From NCBI GenBank assembly GCA_963787835.1, contig CAWBEI010000003.1, positions 64,001 to 128,000 of the forward strand: a stretch of 64,000 nucleotides of DNA, read 5' to 3'. The notes below the pieces were generated by a model that was not told the origin of the DNA, searched no databases, and saw nothing but the letters and a program-made list of their open reading frames with translations. Made by a program: the position numbers and the translations under genes. Shown piece by piece: positions 45,983 to 56,479 of the stretch (position 1 is the stretch's first letter; each line of letters begins with the position of its first letter). Source of the DNA: Ignavibacteriota bacterium (GTDB lineage: Bacteria; Bacteroidota; Ignavibacteria; Palsa-1295).

Positions 45983-48900
45983 CTATTCCTTCCCGTTGCC
46001 GGCTTCGAAGATGATCTTTCGGGAGTCGTTCATTTCTCCCGATGACACTTCCATAAAAAAGCTTCCCTCGGGAATAGTGGGAAGATCGAGCGGGAGCGTC
46101 TGTGTTCCAGCGGCGCATGGAATGGCTTGATGCCACACTTCTCGCCCCAGCATATCGGTGATCCGAACCGTCACGATCCCCTCCTGCGCTACTGCAAGGC
46201 ACAACTCGATGCGAGAAGTAGCTCCCGAAAGGTTTACCGGGTTCGGACGTACAGAAATGATGCGGAGGGCAACCTGTCCTTGCAATAAACTTCGCAGAAT
46301 TGGAGTACCGCACGTATCGATCAAAGTAAAACGAACGTCCCCTGCACCCTGGATCGAGGTGAGAATACAGCCATCGTAATTTGCGGAACTATCGTTAAAC
46401 CGAAGACCGGACATGACAATATCACAACCGGCACTATCCGTAACAGCGATGGCAAAATAGCAGTGGGCAATTTGGGTTCCAGCAAGCACAGCACCGCCAG
46501 ACTCGTTACGCAGCCGAATTTCAAGCGAATGATCGAGATTCCAAAACGTATCCGCAACGCTCCAACCTGTTGCAGTTACGATTTTCGTCAGCGTCAATAG
46601 ATCCCAATTAGCATTGAGAGCGAAGGATACTGTTTCAAGGCCCGTCGTATCGCCAATATTATCGAGCACGATCGCGGCAACGTCCGTCGTACCACCTGCC
46701 AATCCTGTAACTTGTATGGACTGAATGCTTGACTCCAGCGTGATACGCACCGTCGGTACGATCCCTATCGCACTTCCCGAAAGTCCAAGAGACCGATCAT
46801 ACTGCCCTTGCTGAGAACGGACATTCAGCGAAGCCGCCCCAGTGCCGCTCCCGCTCGGATCGAATTGGACCGTATAAAATAGTGTGTCCCCGGGAGCAAT
46901 TACTTCCGGGAATTTCAGGATGCTATCTAACGTGAACTGAGTCTGGTCCGACGAAAGAGCGATCGTATCTACCGAGGTGGCACCGCAGCCAACATTTGCG
47001 ATCCAAAATGTTTTCGAAACCGGAACACATGGACGTGTGATGAAGACGGAGTCAGGAGTTGAAAAAGCCAGGACATTCCCGCCGGGAAGTGACACATAAT
47101 TGAAAGAAATAACAGTATCGATATTCTGCCCATGCAGTGCAAGCGTGGTAAATGCTGAAGTATCCGGAGCCGCTGCAACGCGGAATGAAATCCGTACGGA
47201 ACTATCTGGATGGATAACGATCGGCAAAGCTCCAGGCAAAGTAAACACAACCCCGGGATAACCGGCAAACGTTGTATCTGTCACGATAACATCACTACAG
47301 TATCCGTCATTAGTGAGTACAATGCTGGAATCCACCGATGAACACGGGTTGATCCCTCCAAAGGAGAACGTGGAATTGCTTAGGGTAAGTGCACCAGAAT
47401 TCGGAATTACGAAGCCTTCGAGCGAAATGGTTTCAATGTGATTGTTGCCCGTAACCGGATCTTGCAGGGTGACCAATAACCCATCACCAATAAGCCCATT
47501 CTGTGTTGGCTGAAGTTGAACTTGCAGTGCAAGCGTTGAATCCGGGGCAAGTTTAATTGGAAAGGTGGGGCTGAGCAGAATATAATTAATTCCTGTCGAA
47601 AAAGTGGCGGAGGTCACTATCACGCTATCGCACGAAAGGTTAACGATCTTACCTTCCTGGATCTTCGCCTGGCACGCCAGCACCGTATCGTAACTCAGCG
47701 CAGGAGTAAGCAGCGAATCATGGAAGGATGAAACACCAATACCTGAAATGGTGATGAACGTATCGACTATTGTTCCATTGAGATCCAAAGTAATTTGAAG
47801 CCTATTAGATAACGTATCGGCAATATTCGGTTTGAAATGAACGAGAATGGAATCGATCCCGGAATCGCTCGAAAGTGTGATAGGAAATGCAATGGGATCG
47901 AACCAGAATTCACTGTCAGCATTTTCCCATGCGATATTTTGGATATTAAGATTGCGGCATAAGCTATTACTAATGGTTATCCATTGCGAAGTCGATGCGC
48001 ACGGGACGTTGACCACACCCAAACTAAATAAAGAACCCCGAAGCCCCACGCGTACAGGAATATCATACTGCACCTGAAGCGTGAGCGGAACAGTGGTATC
48101 TATCGTTTCGGAGCCGCTCAGGTACTGGAGTTGCAGGTTTGTGGAATACACCCCTTTCTGACCCGGTGATACATGTAGAACGATCGGAATCCCATTCGAC
48201 GCTGGAATAACTGTTGGAACTGAGATCAATCCCAGATGAAAGATGGAGGTATCGCTGAGTGAGACCTGCTGCAACACGATCGAATCACATGGAGTCGCGG
48301 TGATCGAAACAACGGTATCGATCGAGGTACACTCATCGAGCACCGAAAGACTGAGAGCCCCGATCTCAGCGTGCGCGCCTTGGAATACCGTTAACGCAAG
48401 AAAGACGGAATCCTCGATCGCCACGCTCTTTCCACCGAGCATGTGAAGTTCCAACTCCGAGGTGAACGTGCCGTCCTGCAATGAAGAGGATGTAATGGGA
48501 ACGGTATCTACCCCTCCCGGCTCGATCGCGTGAGGCAGTTTGATGTGCGAAAGTTGAAAATGTGAGCTGTCCGTAAGGGATTGCTCCGTAACGGTTAGCG
48601 TATCACACGAATAATTGTGAATGAGGATCGCGGTATCCTTCGAGACGCATGCATACGGAGCCGAAAGCTCGAGCGATGGAGTCACACTGTAGCTCGCGGT
48701 ACTCTTTGCAGTTCCATAAAGTGTAATAATGGTATCGACCGTCCTCGTTCCAAGATTAAATTCTAACAGCAGCTTGCCAGAATCTTTCAATGATGGGCTT
48801 GGAGTATAGATAATACCAATGCTATCGCTCCCACTTAGCATATACGGGTAGGTGATTCCCTGAAATGAAAATTCTTGCGCACCGGAAAGCATTTGTGCTT

Positions 48901-50011
48901 TTACGAGGATCCCGTTCACACACCCGGTACTGGAAGTAATATGAAGTGTCGTATCGAGTTGGTCGCAACGGGTTCCAGAGAATTGAATGTTCGTCTCGTC
49001 AAGATGAAGGGTAACCGTACCTCCGGCTACCGCATTGGCGGTGTACCAAAGACCTCCATAAAAATCCCCCGCGAAGATCTGCGGCCCAACCGCATAGAAA
49101 CGAGTATCTCGAAAATTCGACGGCCCGCAGATATTGATCCATGAATTCCCGGTGTCGGTCGAGTAATAAAATCCAGCAATACTATCAGTTTGCACAAACA
49201 AAGCAGAGATGGTTCCTCTGATGCAACCCGTTGGAATTCCAACCGGTGGTAAAATGGAGGTGTTCGTCCACATGGCACCACCATTGGTCGAGATAAAGAA
49301 CTGGCGCGTTTTTTCGCCAACCGCTACAAATATGTTCGTTCCCACGAGACCATACGGTGCCCATGTTTCGGCATCAAGGGAAGGAGCAGCGTTCCAAGTC
49401 AAGCCACCGTCAGTGGAATACAATGGACTAAGAGCCTGAAGGTTACCGATCACTCCATTGAGGCCACTATAGCTCACTCCGTTCTGCCAATCGGAGGCGA
49501 AGGAAGTCCAAGTGACCCCCAGATCCGTAGATTGATACGCACTTGAGTACCAACACGGAGCAGAAAGCATATTCGTGCCTTGACAATATCCGACCGATAC
49601 AAAGCTATCGCCGTTTAGAACCGAAATCCAGGTTTGCCCCCCATCCGTTGTTTTCCAAATTCCTCCAACGATGCCATAATCATCGCGGACGCTGCACCAT
49701 CCAAGCAAACTGGTGTGAAATGTAAAGTCGGTGATCTCGGCAGGAATTCCGGTCAGGGGGGTAACAGACTGATTCCAGGTTACGCCATTATCGGTCGTTC
49801 GCCAGATCGCGGAATTATCGAGTCCTACTAAGCCTGTGGTGCTAACCCCCACCTGATCCAGAAAATACACAGAGGCAACCGTGGCCTGGGAAAATGTCTT
49901 TAGCAATGACCATTGGGCCGCGCTCGGAGAAGCCAACGCCATGACCACCCCAAACAGGAGGGCCATCGACAATGAAATAAGCCTTCGGTTAGCCATGAAT
50001 GGACGTGTCAC
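45983..50011 (-). CDS. Large secreted protein: Asp-box beta-propeller, tandem Ig-like (choice-of-anchor-D-like) repeats, T9SS C-terminal domain
   Basis: TTDNGVTW/TTDGGQTW/STDLGVTW boxes, repeated N-x-S/G-C...P-x-x-I-x-P-G/D units, ISVRPNP...ITDMLGREV...GSFFMEV. Confidence 0.85.
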   Translation of the reverse strand: MTRPFMANRRLISLSMALLFGVVMALASPSAAQWSLLKTFSQATVASVYFLDQVGVSTTGLVGLDNSAIWRTTDNGVTWNQSVTPLTGIPAEITDFTFHTSLLGWCSVRDDYGIVGGIWKTTDGGQTWISVLNGDSFVSVGYCQGTNMLSAPCWYSSAYQSTDLGVTWTSFASDWQNGVSYSGLNGVIGNLQALSPLYSTDGGLTWNAAPSLDAETWAPYGLVGTNIFVAVGEKTRQFFISTNGGAMWTNTSILPPVGIPTGCIRGTISALFVQTDSIAGFYYSTDTGNSWINICGPSNFRDTRFYAVGPQIFAGDFYGGLWYTANAVAGGTVTLHLDETNIQFSGTRCDQLDTTLHITSSTGCVNGILVKAQMLSGAQEFSFQGITYPYMLSGSDSIGIIYTPSPSLKDSGKLLLEFNLGTRTVDTIITLYGTAKSTASYSVTPSLELSAPYACVSKDTAILIHNYSCDTLTVTEQSLTDSSHFQLSHIKLPHAIEPGGVDTVPITSSSLQDGTFTSELELHMLGGKSVAIEDSVFLALTVFQGAHAEIGALSLSVLDECTSIDTVVSITATPCDSIVLQQVSLSDTSIFHLGLISVPTVIPASNGIPIVLHVSPGQKGVYSTNLQLQYLSGSETIDTTVPLTLQVQYDIPVRVGLRGSLFSLGVVNVPCASTSQWITISNSLCRNLNIQNIAWENADSEFWFDPIAFPITLSSDSGIDSILVHFKPNIADTLSNRLQITLDLNGTIVDTFITISGIGVSSFHDSLLTPALSYDTVLACQAKIQEGKIVNLSCDSVIVTSATFSTGINYILLSPTFPIKLAPDSTLALQVQLQPTQNGLIGDGLLVTLQDPVTGNNHIETISLEGFVIPNSGALTLSNSTFSFGGINPCSSVDSSIVLTNDGYCSDVIVTDTTFAGYPGVVFTLPGALPIVIHPDSSVRISFRVAAAPDTSAFTTLALHGQNIDTVISFNYVSLPGGNVLAFSTPDSVFITRPCVPVSKTFWIANVGCGATSVDTIALSSDQTQFTLDSILKFPEVIAPGDTLFYTVQFDPSGSGTGAASLNVRSQQGQYDRSLGLSGSAIGIVPTVRITLESSIQSIQVTGLAGGTTDVAAIVLDNIGDTTGLETVSFALNANWDLLTLTKIVTATGWSVADTFWNLDHSLEIRLRNESGGAVLAGTQIAHCYFAIAVTDSAGCDIVMSGLRFNDSSANYDGCILTSIQGAGDVRFTLIDTCGTPILRSLLQGQVALRIISVRPNPVNLSGATSRIELCLAVAQEGIVTVRITDMLGREVWHQAIPCAAGTQTLPLDLPTIPEGSFFMEVSSGEMNDSRKIIFEAGNGKE

Positions 50012-50237
50012 TATAGAGACACATGGGATGTGGTGAATATGAACTACTGGTAATCCATTTTTAGCCCCGAAGGTTCGTTACTAACGACGGGTTTTGGCTA
50101 TCCCTACCCATTAATGAAAACCTGGGGTACCGTACTACCGGATGTTTATTTTGCCTTTGGGATAACAGTTCTGGATAATGACAAATCATTCATACCGCGT
50201 TACGGTTTGTAATACTTCCGTATATTTGTTACTTCTT

Positions 50238-50564
50238 ATGAAGGTTCGCCATCAACAAGGACTCGTATCATTGCGACACAGCTATGCTGTGCACGCTTTT
50301 GTCGCACTCCTTTTGGTTGCAATTGCCGGGCGCACCGGGAGCGATTTCTTTCACACGCACGAAGCTCTTGCCGATAATGGGACTACCATTTCAGCACCCT
50401 GTAACGCCTGCGATGTTGAAGCAACCGTTACACTAAATGCTCCGCCCGTTCCTGTTCTTCCGCCTCTCACTGTTACCCCCGTCGAAATATTTGCACTTTC
50501 CGTCGGAAGCCCGTTCACACCGGCGATCCTGCACACACACGGACGCGCACCTCCCGCAATCTAA
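50238..50564 (+). CDS. DUF2946/CruR/CutF-like leader protein with CxxC and C-terminal RAPP motif
   Basis: Signal-like hydrophobic segment, HTHE, CNAC, Pro-rich linker, HTHGRAPPAI-stop. Sits directly upstream of a TonB-dependent receptor. TATATTTG at 50221-50228. Confidence 0.75.
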   Translation: MKVRHQQGLVSLRHSYAVHAFVALLLVAIAGRTGSDFFHTHEALADNGTTISAPCNACDVEATVTLNAPPVPVLPPLTVTPVEIFALSVGSPFTPAILHTHGRAPPAI

Positions 50565-50667
50565 GTCCTTTCTCTTCCGCGTATTTCCTACGCTCAACAT
50601 TCTTGATCGGGCACTCGAAGAAATCGAGGCCCGTGTGTGCATTTACCTCAATTAAAAAATTTTCGTC

Positions 50668-53118
50668 ATGAATCATTTTCAACTTTTTAGCCGTCGGCAC
50701 AAGAGCGATCTTATGCTTCTGGCATTTATTCTCATCGTGATCTCGCTATTAATTTCCAATGCTCTTCTGGCAAAAACGCATCATAAACATGTGCCAGCAG
50801 AGGGTATTAATTTCACGGTCGCCGTCCATGACGGAACCAACGACCAGCCGCTCGATCTGGCGCGCGTTTCGCTCTATCGAGGATCCGCGTTCATTCGCGG
50901 ACAGGTAACAAATCCCGCAGGCCGCACCACCTTCGCCGATGTCATTCCGGGTACCTACAGGCTCGTGGTTCGGTCCGTTGGTTATGATGACTTCAACGAC
51001 TCTTCGGTGGTAATAGACAAAGAGCATACGTTCGACTCCGTTACGCTTTACGAGATCGGGAAGCAGGTTACGGTTACTGGATTCCACGAACCGGCTATCA
51101 CGACCATTGATCCGACGACCGCTAATCAGGTATTCGAAGCCGAAACCTATCATGCTCCTCCGACTGCTCGAATTACTCAATTAGTGCAGGAAAACCTGCT
51201 CGGCGCTGCGCGGGCGCCAACGGGCGAAGTGCATATTCGCGGCCAGCATGGTGAATACACCTTTTATCTTGATGGCGCGCCGATTCCTCTCGGCGTATTC
51301 GGTGGGCTGAACGAGGTGGTCGATCCCCATGTCATTGATCGGGCAACCTTCATCGATGGCGGATGGGCTGCAGAATACGGCGGCCAAATTGCCGCTGTTA
51401 TCGACATGCAAACCCATGTTCCCTCCGGCGGTTTTCATTTGGATGCTTCGACGTATGCCGGAACCTATGCGCCAAGTATAAGCAAGGATTCGGTGATCAA
51501 CCCGAACAAATTGCTGAACATGAACGGGCAAACACTTTCCATGAGCGATAATATCGGTAAGTTCGGCTGGTTCCTTTCCGGATCTCGTCAAGAAACCGAC
51601 CGCCGCATCGATGCGCCTATCTCGGAGATCGAACACGATCATGGATTCGATTATTTCCTCTATGGCAAAGCTGATTATTTGCTATCGGACAAAGACTACT
51701 TGACACTCAATCTAAATTATGGCGTCACTAATACGCAAATACCGTATGATTCCGTAGAAGTGGGTGGGACAAATCCACCCCAAGCTCAGGACGATAATCA
51801 ATATACGACGAACGCATTTCAAACGCTTAGTTACTTTCGAACGATCTCATCGGAGGTTGACCGCGAGAGTAATTTAATGGTGGCTGGTTTTGCACGTGAA
51901 GGAGGGTTAATCTATACTCCCGGCGGAATTGACATGCCAACAATCGATAATGTCGCAGGCAATTCAGATGTCATTTCCGAAGACAGGAGCTACACCACGC
52001 TCGGAATTCGCACAAAATACGATAACCGGCTTTCGCATCAGTTTATGTATGCCGCCGGATTCAATTTCGATAATACGGTCGGTCATGAAGATTTCGGACC
52101 CGTCGATACCACAACCGGAGAACAGTATAGCCAAGTCAATCTTCCAAATGCTCCCCACACCTCTAACTCCTATACGGGTACCAATTTCGGAGCGTTTCTC
52201 GAATCCGAGATCCATCCATGGGAGTGGACCCGGTTCGATGTTGGCTTGCGATACGATCAGCAAGTTTCTCCGGATGTAGGATTTCAATCGCAAGTAAGCC
52301 CTCGCATTCGTTGGAACTTCCTTATTGACGAAAGCAACTACGCCTCACTTTATTATGGTAAGCTTTTTATGCCGACCAACCTCGATGGGCTTTCGTCGAT
52401 TGGTAGCCTTATTTACCCTCATAATGTCTATGGGGATACGCTTGGCGGCACCAAGGCAGAACGCGATGAATTCTACGAAGCCGACTACGTTCATACGTTC
52501 GATTTCGGCTTGCGCATGAAAACCGATTATTTCTACAAGTACGCCTCACCGGGAGTAGATGATGCGACGATCGGAACCAGTGCGATTAAGAGTCCAGTGA
52601 ATATCGCTTCTGTTTACACACAGGGCATCGAGCTTGGGCTTTCGTATAGTTCGCCGAACACTCCTTTCTCTGGATATTTGAACTCCTCGATCATACATGC
52701 GTATGGCGTGGGTACACTTTCCGGTGGATTCGTCCCGTTCGCAAGCGATGGCCCCGCAACAGATCTCGATCACGATCAACGGCTTTCCGTCGTTGCATCA
52801 CTCAATTATCAGCCTTCCGATTGGTATGCGAATGTCGTTGGAATCTATGGATCGGGGCTGACGAATGGAAATCCGCAAGGGCTTTCGTATGGAACCGGTT
52901 TGTTCGACTTCAATCAGGCCGAGCATACCACCCCATCGTGGATCTTCAATATTGGAGGCGGATATACGTTCCATCTCCAGGGCAGCTCCACAATTTCGCC
53001 CTCGCTCTATGTCGGCAATCTGTTCGATAACGAGCATTTGCTTAAAGGCGCCTATTTTAGCTCGGCCTATTGGGAAGAGCCGCGCAGCATCATCCTGAAA
53101 GTGGACTACCACCTTTAA
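50668..53118 (+). CDS. TonB-dependent receptor with N-terminal carboxypeptidase-regulatory-like domain
   Basis: Signal peptide, plug VHIRGQHGEYTFYLDGAPI...GGWAAEYG, GLRYD, SPRI, NLFD, PRSIILKVDYHL terminal strand. Confidence 0.9.
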   Translation: MNHFQLFSRRHKSDLMLLAFILIVISLLISNALLAKTHHKHVPAEGINFTVAVHDGTNDQPLDLARVSLYRGSAFIRGQVTNPAGRTTFADVIPGTYRLVVRSVGYDDFNDSSVVIDKEHTFDSVTLYEIGKQVTVTGFHEPAITTIDPTTANQVFEAETYHAPPTARITQLVQENLLGAARAPTGEVHIRGQHGEYTFYLDGAPIPLGVFGGLNEVVDPHVIDRATFIDGGWAAEYGGQIAAVIDMQTHVPSGGFHLDASTYAGTYAPSISKDSVINPNKLLNMNGQTLSMSDNIGKFGWFLSGSRQETDRRIDAPISEIEHDHGFDYFLYGKADYLLSDKDYLTLNLNYGVTNTQIPYDSVEVGGTNPPQAQDDNQYTTNAFQTLSYFRTISSEVDRESNLMVAGFAREGGLIYTPGGIDMPTIDNVAGNSDVISEDRSYTTLGIRTKYDNRLSHQFMYAAGFNFDNTVGHEDFGPVDTTTGEQYSQVNLPNAPHTSNSYTGTNFGAFLESEIHPWEWTRFDVGLRYDQQVSPDVGFQSQVSPRIRWNFLIDESNYASLYYGKLFMPTNLDGLSSIGSLIYPHNVYGDTLGGTKAERDEFYEADYVHTFDFGLRMKTDYFYKYASPGVDDATIGTSAIKSPVNIASVYTQGIELGLSYSSPNTPFSGYLNSSIIHAYGVGTLSGGFVPFASDGPATDLDHDQRLSVVASLNYQPSDWYANVVGIYGSGLTNGNPQGLSYGTGLFDFNQAEHTTPSWIFNIGGGYTFHLQGSSTISPSLYVGNLFDNEHLLKGAYFSSAYWEEPRSIILKVDYHL

Positions 53119-53133
53119 TCTCAAACAGGGTTT

Positions 53134-53171
53134 GTGGGACTAATGGAATTTATAATTCCCATTAGTCCCGC
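53134..53171 (+). other. Intergenic stem-loop between the TBDR and ATPase genes
   Basis: GTGGGACTAATGGAATT / AATTCCCATTAGTCCCGC, with no clear T tail. Confidence 0.6.
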
Positions 53172-53206
53172 ATTCCTATATCCTTGCAATTTCAGATAAA
53201 TGTGTC

Positions 53207-55054
53207 ATGGAACAAGCGGAAGTTGCCGAAGTACATCATTTAGAGAAGGCGGATCTTATTCGAATTGCGTTCGTGGCCCTTTCTGCAATCGCAGTGTGGT
53301 TGAAATGGTGGGAGCCGTTTGCAAACGTCAGCGTCATCGGCATCGCCGCAACGCTTATCGGCGGATGGCCGATCTGGAAAGAGGCCTTCGAAAATCTGCG
53401 AGAAAAACGGATGACCATGGAGCTTTCCATGACGATCGCGCTGGTTGCCGCGCTCGTTATTGGACAATTCCTTACTGCGATCGTAATCATGTTCTTCGTG
53501 CTCGTCGCCGAAGTGCTGGAAGAACTTACAGTGGCTCGGGGCAGAAAAGCGATCAAGGACTTGACCAATATGCTCCCCCGTGAAGCCATCCTTCGTACCG
53601 TAAAGGGCGATGTAACCGTTCCCATTGACCGATTGCATATCGGCGATGTAGTACTCATTAAGCCAGGCAGTGGGATCCCGGTCGATGGCAGCGTATTATC
53701 TGGAGTTTCATCTGTCGATCAATCGGCGATCACCGGAGAATCGATTCCTGTGGAGAAAACTCAGGGCGCAACTGTATTTGCAGGTACGGTCAATCAATCG
53801 GGAGTATTGACCGTCCGTACAACAAATATTGGCAAGAATACTGCGTTCGGTAAGATTGTTCAAGCCGTTGAACATGCTGATAAGGTTCGCGCTCCCATTC
53901 AAAAGACGGCCGATCGCTTTGCTGGTTATCTCGTGTATTTTGCTCTGGCGTGTGCACTCATTACTTTTATCATCACTCGCGACGCTCGTTCAACTATTTC
54001 CGTTATCATCGTTGCAGGTGCCTGTGGTATTGCGGCGGGTACGCCATTGGCCATTCTCGGTGCAATAGGCCGTGCCGCACGTAATGGTTCGATCATCAAA
54101 GGAGGAATCTACCTGGAAGTACTTGGCAACATCGACACGGTCGTATTTGACAAGACTGGAACACTCACGTTTGGGGAGCCGCGTGTTGTACAGGTTCGCC
54201 CAGCTCTTGGTAGAATTCCCGAAGAAGTGATCGAAACTGCCGCTATTGCAGAAAAAAATTCCGAACACCCCCTCGCCAGCGCAATTCTCGCCAAGGCTGC
54301 GGAATGGAAGATCATGGTACGTACTCCCGACGAATTCCATTATGCAGTCGGACGAGGCGTCTCATGCTCCATTGGGCTAACGAAAATTGCCGTTGGAAAT
54401 AAACAATGGATGTCTGAAAATGGAATTGTGAATGCTGCTCGAATCGGATCAAACATGTCAGAATCATCCATGCATGTTGGAAAAGACGGTGCTGTCATCG
54501 GAACAATTGACGTCAAGGATGTTGTCAGGCCGGAATCCCGCAATGCCATTCAAGCATTGAGGCTCATGGGTCTCCGAACAGTTCTTTTGACTGGTGACAC
54601 TAATGCCATAGCAAAGGAATTGAGAACGGAGTTAGAATTCGATTTGGTTATGGCGGAACTCTTGCCAGACCAGAAAATGGAAGAGATCAGGAAAATGCGA
54701 ACAGAGGGTCGCAAAATTGCGATGGTTGGCGATGGAATCAATGACGCGCTCGCCCTTATGCAAGCCGATGTTGGGGTCGCCATGGGATCTGGAACAGACG
54801 TAGCGAGAGAGAGCGCAGATATCGTTCTTATTGGCAATGATCTGCTGAAATTTGTCGAGACCGTGAAAATTGCTCGATGGTGCCGAAGCATCATCCGGCA
54901 AAATTTCATCGGAACAATTGCTGTGGACACAGTCGGTGTCTGCCTTGCAGCCTTTGGAATGTTAAGTCCCCTCCTTGCAGCGCTGATCCATGTAAGTTCG
55001 GAATTGATATTTATTATGAATTCTACTCGATTACTACCACGGAAAGCTGTATGA
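53207..55054 (+). CDS. Heavy-metal P1B-type ATPase without N-terminal metal-binding domain
   Basis: TGES, DKTGTLT, SEHPLA, TGD, MVGDGINDA. TM motif GACGIAAGTP and a C-terminal HVSSE. Confidence 0.92.
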   Translation: MEQAEVAEVHHLEKADLIRIAFVALSAIAVWLKWWEPFANVSVIGIAATLIGGWPIWKEAFENLREKRMTMELSMTIALVAALVIGQFLTAIVIMFFVLVAEVLEELTVARGRKAIKDLTNMLPREAILRTVKGDVTVPIDRLHIGDVVLIKPGSGIPVDGSVLSGVSSVDQSAITGESIPVEKTQGATVFAGTVNQSGVLTVRTTNIGKNTAFGKIVQAVEHADKVRAPIQKTADRFAGYLVYFALACALITFIITRDARSTISVIIVAGACGIAAGTPLAILGAIGRAARNGSIIKGGIYLEVLGNIDTVVFDKTGTLTFGEPRVVQVRPALGRIPEEVIETAAIAEKNSEHPLASAILAKAAEWKIMVRTPDEFHYAVGRGVSCSIGLTKIAVGNKQWMSENGIVNAARIGSNMSESSMHVGKDGAVIGTIDVKDVVRPESRNAIQALRLMGLRTVLLTGDTNAIAKELRTELEFDLVMAELLPDQKMEEIRKMRTEGRKIAMVGDGINDALALMQADVGVAMGSGTDVARESADIVLIGNDLLKFVETVKIARWCRSIIRQNFIGTIAVDTVGVCLAAFGMLSPLLAALIHVSSELIFIMNSTRLLPRKAV

Positions 55055-55061
55055 AAAAGAA

Positions 55062-56013
55062 TTATTCCCGTGGATCGAACTCCGAAGTATCGCGTAACTT
55101 TTCCCACAATTCCCGCTCTTTTTTGTTGAGGGTTTCGGGAATTTCGATATTGACACTGGCATAAAGATCGCCACGCGATCCATCGGAACGATACAGTCCG
55201 CGATTCGCGAGACGCAACTTTAATCCATTCTGTGCACCCGCAGGAATGGTTAGACGTACATTCCCATCGAGCGTTTCCATCGGTACTTTCGCGCCAAGCA
55301 CTGCTTCCCATGGCGCTACATCGAGTTCACGGTAGAGATCGAAATTGTCGATCTCATAATAGGGATGGTTCTGATATACGAGCGAAAGAATCAGGTCACC
55401 CGGTGTAGCTGCTCCAGCTTCGCCTTGTCCCGCAAGCTTGATCTGCTTTCCTGCAAAGGAATGTTCTGGGATTTTTACTTTATAGGTTTTTGTTCGTACC
55501 ATCGGCTTTGCGAATAGTAAATTGCTTTTGAGTGCCGTGAAACGCTTCCTCGATCGTAACCGGAAGTTCGGCTTCTATATCAGTACCACGAGTGGAAAAA
55601 CCCGGTCGCCTGCGCTGCGAACCTGCGCGGCCACCTTCGAATGGCACTTGAAATCCCATCCCCGGCCCGAAGAACTGATGAAAGAATTCTGAGAAATCTC
55701 CGCCTTCTCCGCCTGTAGTATAAGTATAGGTTCCACCTCCCGGATGAGGGCCATACCCAGGCGGAGGGGAGAATTGCTCACCGGTCTTCCAGTTTTCGCC
55801 GAAGCGGTCATATTTCTGGCGTTTATCCTTATCGCTCAGAACTTCATAGGCCTCATTGATCTTTTTAAATTTCTCCTCGGCGGATTTATCGTTCGGATTC
55901 ACATCGGGATGATGCTTCCGCGCAAGTTTGCGATACGCCTTTTTGATCTCGTCCTCCGATGCTGTGCGAGGTACTCCGAGAATTTCGTAATAATCTTGAA
56001 ATTGAACGGGCAT
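55062..56013 (-). pseudogene. DnaJ-class B / CbpA-like chaperone split by a +1 frameshift
   Basis: ORF 55480-56013 has the J-domain ([11 protein letters not shown]) and G/F region. ORF 55062-55502 has the C-terminal domain (GDLIL, PWEAVLG, GDLYA, FDPR). The junction GGT ACG A ACA AAA ACC TAT carries one extra base. Confidence 0.82.
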
Positions 56014-56014
56014 A

Positions 56015-56479
56015 TTAGCTCAAACGATTCAGTAAATCTATCCCATATTTTTGTGCTTGATTCACCGCCTTAAGTAACTCCGGTGTATAATCGAGAAGTT
56101 GTCTTGCGATCTCAGGCAGATCGGTCACAGCATATTCATGGGTAATTTCATTTCGAAGCTCTCGTATCTCTCGAAATTTATGTGAGGATTCGATCAAACC
56201 ACGCTTCTCGGCACGATTAGCAACGTCAATGGGACTCCCTAATTCAATGCCTTCCAAAATATCGATCACTCGAAATACTTTCTGAAGCATAATATCTTCA
56301 AGTCGAGCAAAGCGGATCGCGAACGTATCGAGACGGTCGAGATCATCTTCTGAAGGATTCAACCAATCAATGGTTGATTCGAGTCGTTCTGAGGAACGGT
56401 GAAGACGCATTGCTGCTTTCTCAACTCGATCAAAAGTATCCCGTAACTGATCTGCGGTGCTTAACTGTTTTTTTGTCAT
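56015..56479 (-). CDS. HEPN (HepT-like) RNase toxin / nucleotidyltransferase substrate-binding protein
   Basis: RF...AEKRGLI...[11 protein letters not shown], an R-x4-H-x-Y motif. Confidence 0.82.
   Translation of the reverse strand: MTKKQLSTADQLRDTFDRVEKAAMRLHRSSERLESTIDWLNPSEDDLDRLDTFAIRFARLEDIMLQKVFRVIDILEGIELGSPIDVANRAEKRGLIESSHKFREIRELRNEITHEYAVTDLPEIARQLLDYTPELLKAVNQAQKYGIDLLNRLS

Noticed and set aside
54550-55311. 253-aa minus-strand ORF
   Set aside because: Antisense to the ATPase and out of frame with the DnaJ C-terminal part, with no motifs
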